A stretch of 64,000 nucleotides of DNA from NCBI GenBank assembly GCA_036918135.1, contig JBALDB010000001.1, positions 1 to 64,000 on the forward strand. Direction: 5' to 3'. Of the stretch, positions 63,214 through 64,000 are shown in pieces. The notes beneath the pieces were generated by a model. It made no database searches, was not told where the DNA came from, and worked only from the letters and a program-made list of their open reading frames with translations. The position numbers and the translations under genes are program-made. Source of the stretch: Nostoc sp. Its GTDB lineage: Bacteria; Cyanobacteriota; Cyanobacteriia; Cyanobacteriales; Nostocaceae. Each line of letters begins with the position of its first letter. The first letter of the stretch is position 1.

Positions 63214-63294
63214 GGAAGTACTTCTTCTAATGAATGAATTGTATTATGAACGCTCAAGCTTGCAGATCAAATAAAGCAGGCGTTCATGCCGTTT

Positions 63295-64000
63295 CTAGAT
63301 GGACTGTGACAAATTTTGAACATTAAGCTTGTTGGGAACACTTTGTGAGGTATCCTCCGCTTTAATTAAATCTGCTGCTTTCTCAGCAATCATGATAGTG
63401 GGTGCATTTGTATTGCCTGTGGTGATTGTTGGCATGATTGATGCATCAACAACACGAAGGCTTTGAATTCCATGTACTCGTAGTTGAGGATCGACCACTG
63501 CCATTGAGTCAATGCCCATTTTGCAAGTACCAACCGGATGCCACACAGTACTGCAAGTGTCTCGAATGTAAGCTTCGAGTGCTGCATCACTCTGAACGTG
63601 GGAACCTGGGGCAATCTCCTCACCATGAAAATCATCAAAGGCACTGGTCTGAATCATTTGGCGGATTAATTTAACTCCCTCGACCAACTTTTGGACATCA
63701 GCTTGATTTTGTAAATAATTCATCCGAATGGTTGGTGGCTCTTTGGGGTCAGGCGAGCGCAAACTAACACTGCCAATATTTTGCAGACGGGTAAGAGAGA
63801 CTGCACCTGTAAATCCAAAATCAGCTGGAGTATAACCAGGTGACAAGAATTGAATCGGGCCGAAGAAGAACTGCAAATCGGGTGCGCCCTCCACATTCCC
63901 CTCGCTATGTAAAAATAATCCGGCTTCAACTCCATTACTGGTGACGGCGGGGTGTATATCTTGAGTAGTTTCTTGAACGACACAAGTGAGAATGTGATCT
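63295..64000 (-). CDS. GMC oxidoreductase (partial; 5' end off window)
   Basis: Frame open to the window edge; WHPVGTCKMG, LRVVDASIMP, GNTNAPTIMIAEKAAD. Confidence 0.92.
   Translation of the reverse strand, partial: DHILTCVVQETTQDIHPAVTSNGVEAGLFLHSEGNVEGAPDLQFFFGPIQFLSPGYTPADFGFTGAVSLTRLQNIGSVSLRSPDPKEPPTIRMNYLQNQADVQKLVEGVKLIRQMIQTSAFDDFHGEEIAPGSHVQSDAALEAYIRDTCSTVWHPVGTCKMGIDSMAVVDPQLRVHGIQSLRVVDASIMPTITTGNTNAPTIMIAEKAADLIKAEDTSQSVPNKLNVQNLSQSI

Noticed and set aside
52338..63983. Many overlapping alternative-frame ORFs in the island, and likewise within tamB
   Set aside because: Antisense or out-of-frame shadows of well-supported genes.

Overview
This window is from a heterocyst-forming cyanobacterium (Nostocales-like: dense HIP1 GCGATCGC octamers, heptamer STRR tracts, small nested repeats and MITEs). 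Positions 0.6-48 kb are mostly core genes: potD/potB, murQ, tamB, treS, ispE, rsmA, potA, mrdA, rtcA, a tRNA nucleotidyltransferase and ycf34. Positions 48-64 kb are a co-oriented minus-strand accessory cluster of oxidoreductases and hydrolases with many decayed genes. Several signals are invisible in the ORF track. (1) The PAM-proximal end of a type V-K CRISPR-associated transposon lies just downstream of tRNA-Gly(CCC). It carries a truncated repeat plus a 17-nt homing spacer that exactly matches that tRNA behind a GTA PAM. (2) A C-protein-controlled type II R-M locus has an endonuclease I cannot assign to a family, readable operators, and both R (nonsense) and M (frameshift) inactivated. (3) A 907-bp IS630-derived cassette carries a passenger gene and splits a DUF302 gene with a TA duplication. 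(4) An rRNA operon relic consists of a degenerate 5S, the spacer and the last ~50 nt of 23S. (5) The potA and potDB genes are split, as expected from a ~23-kb inversion. All family assignments come from motif recognition, not database searches.
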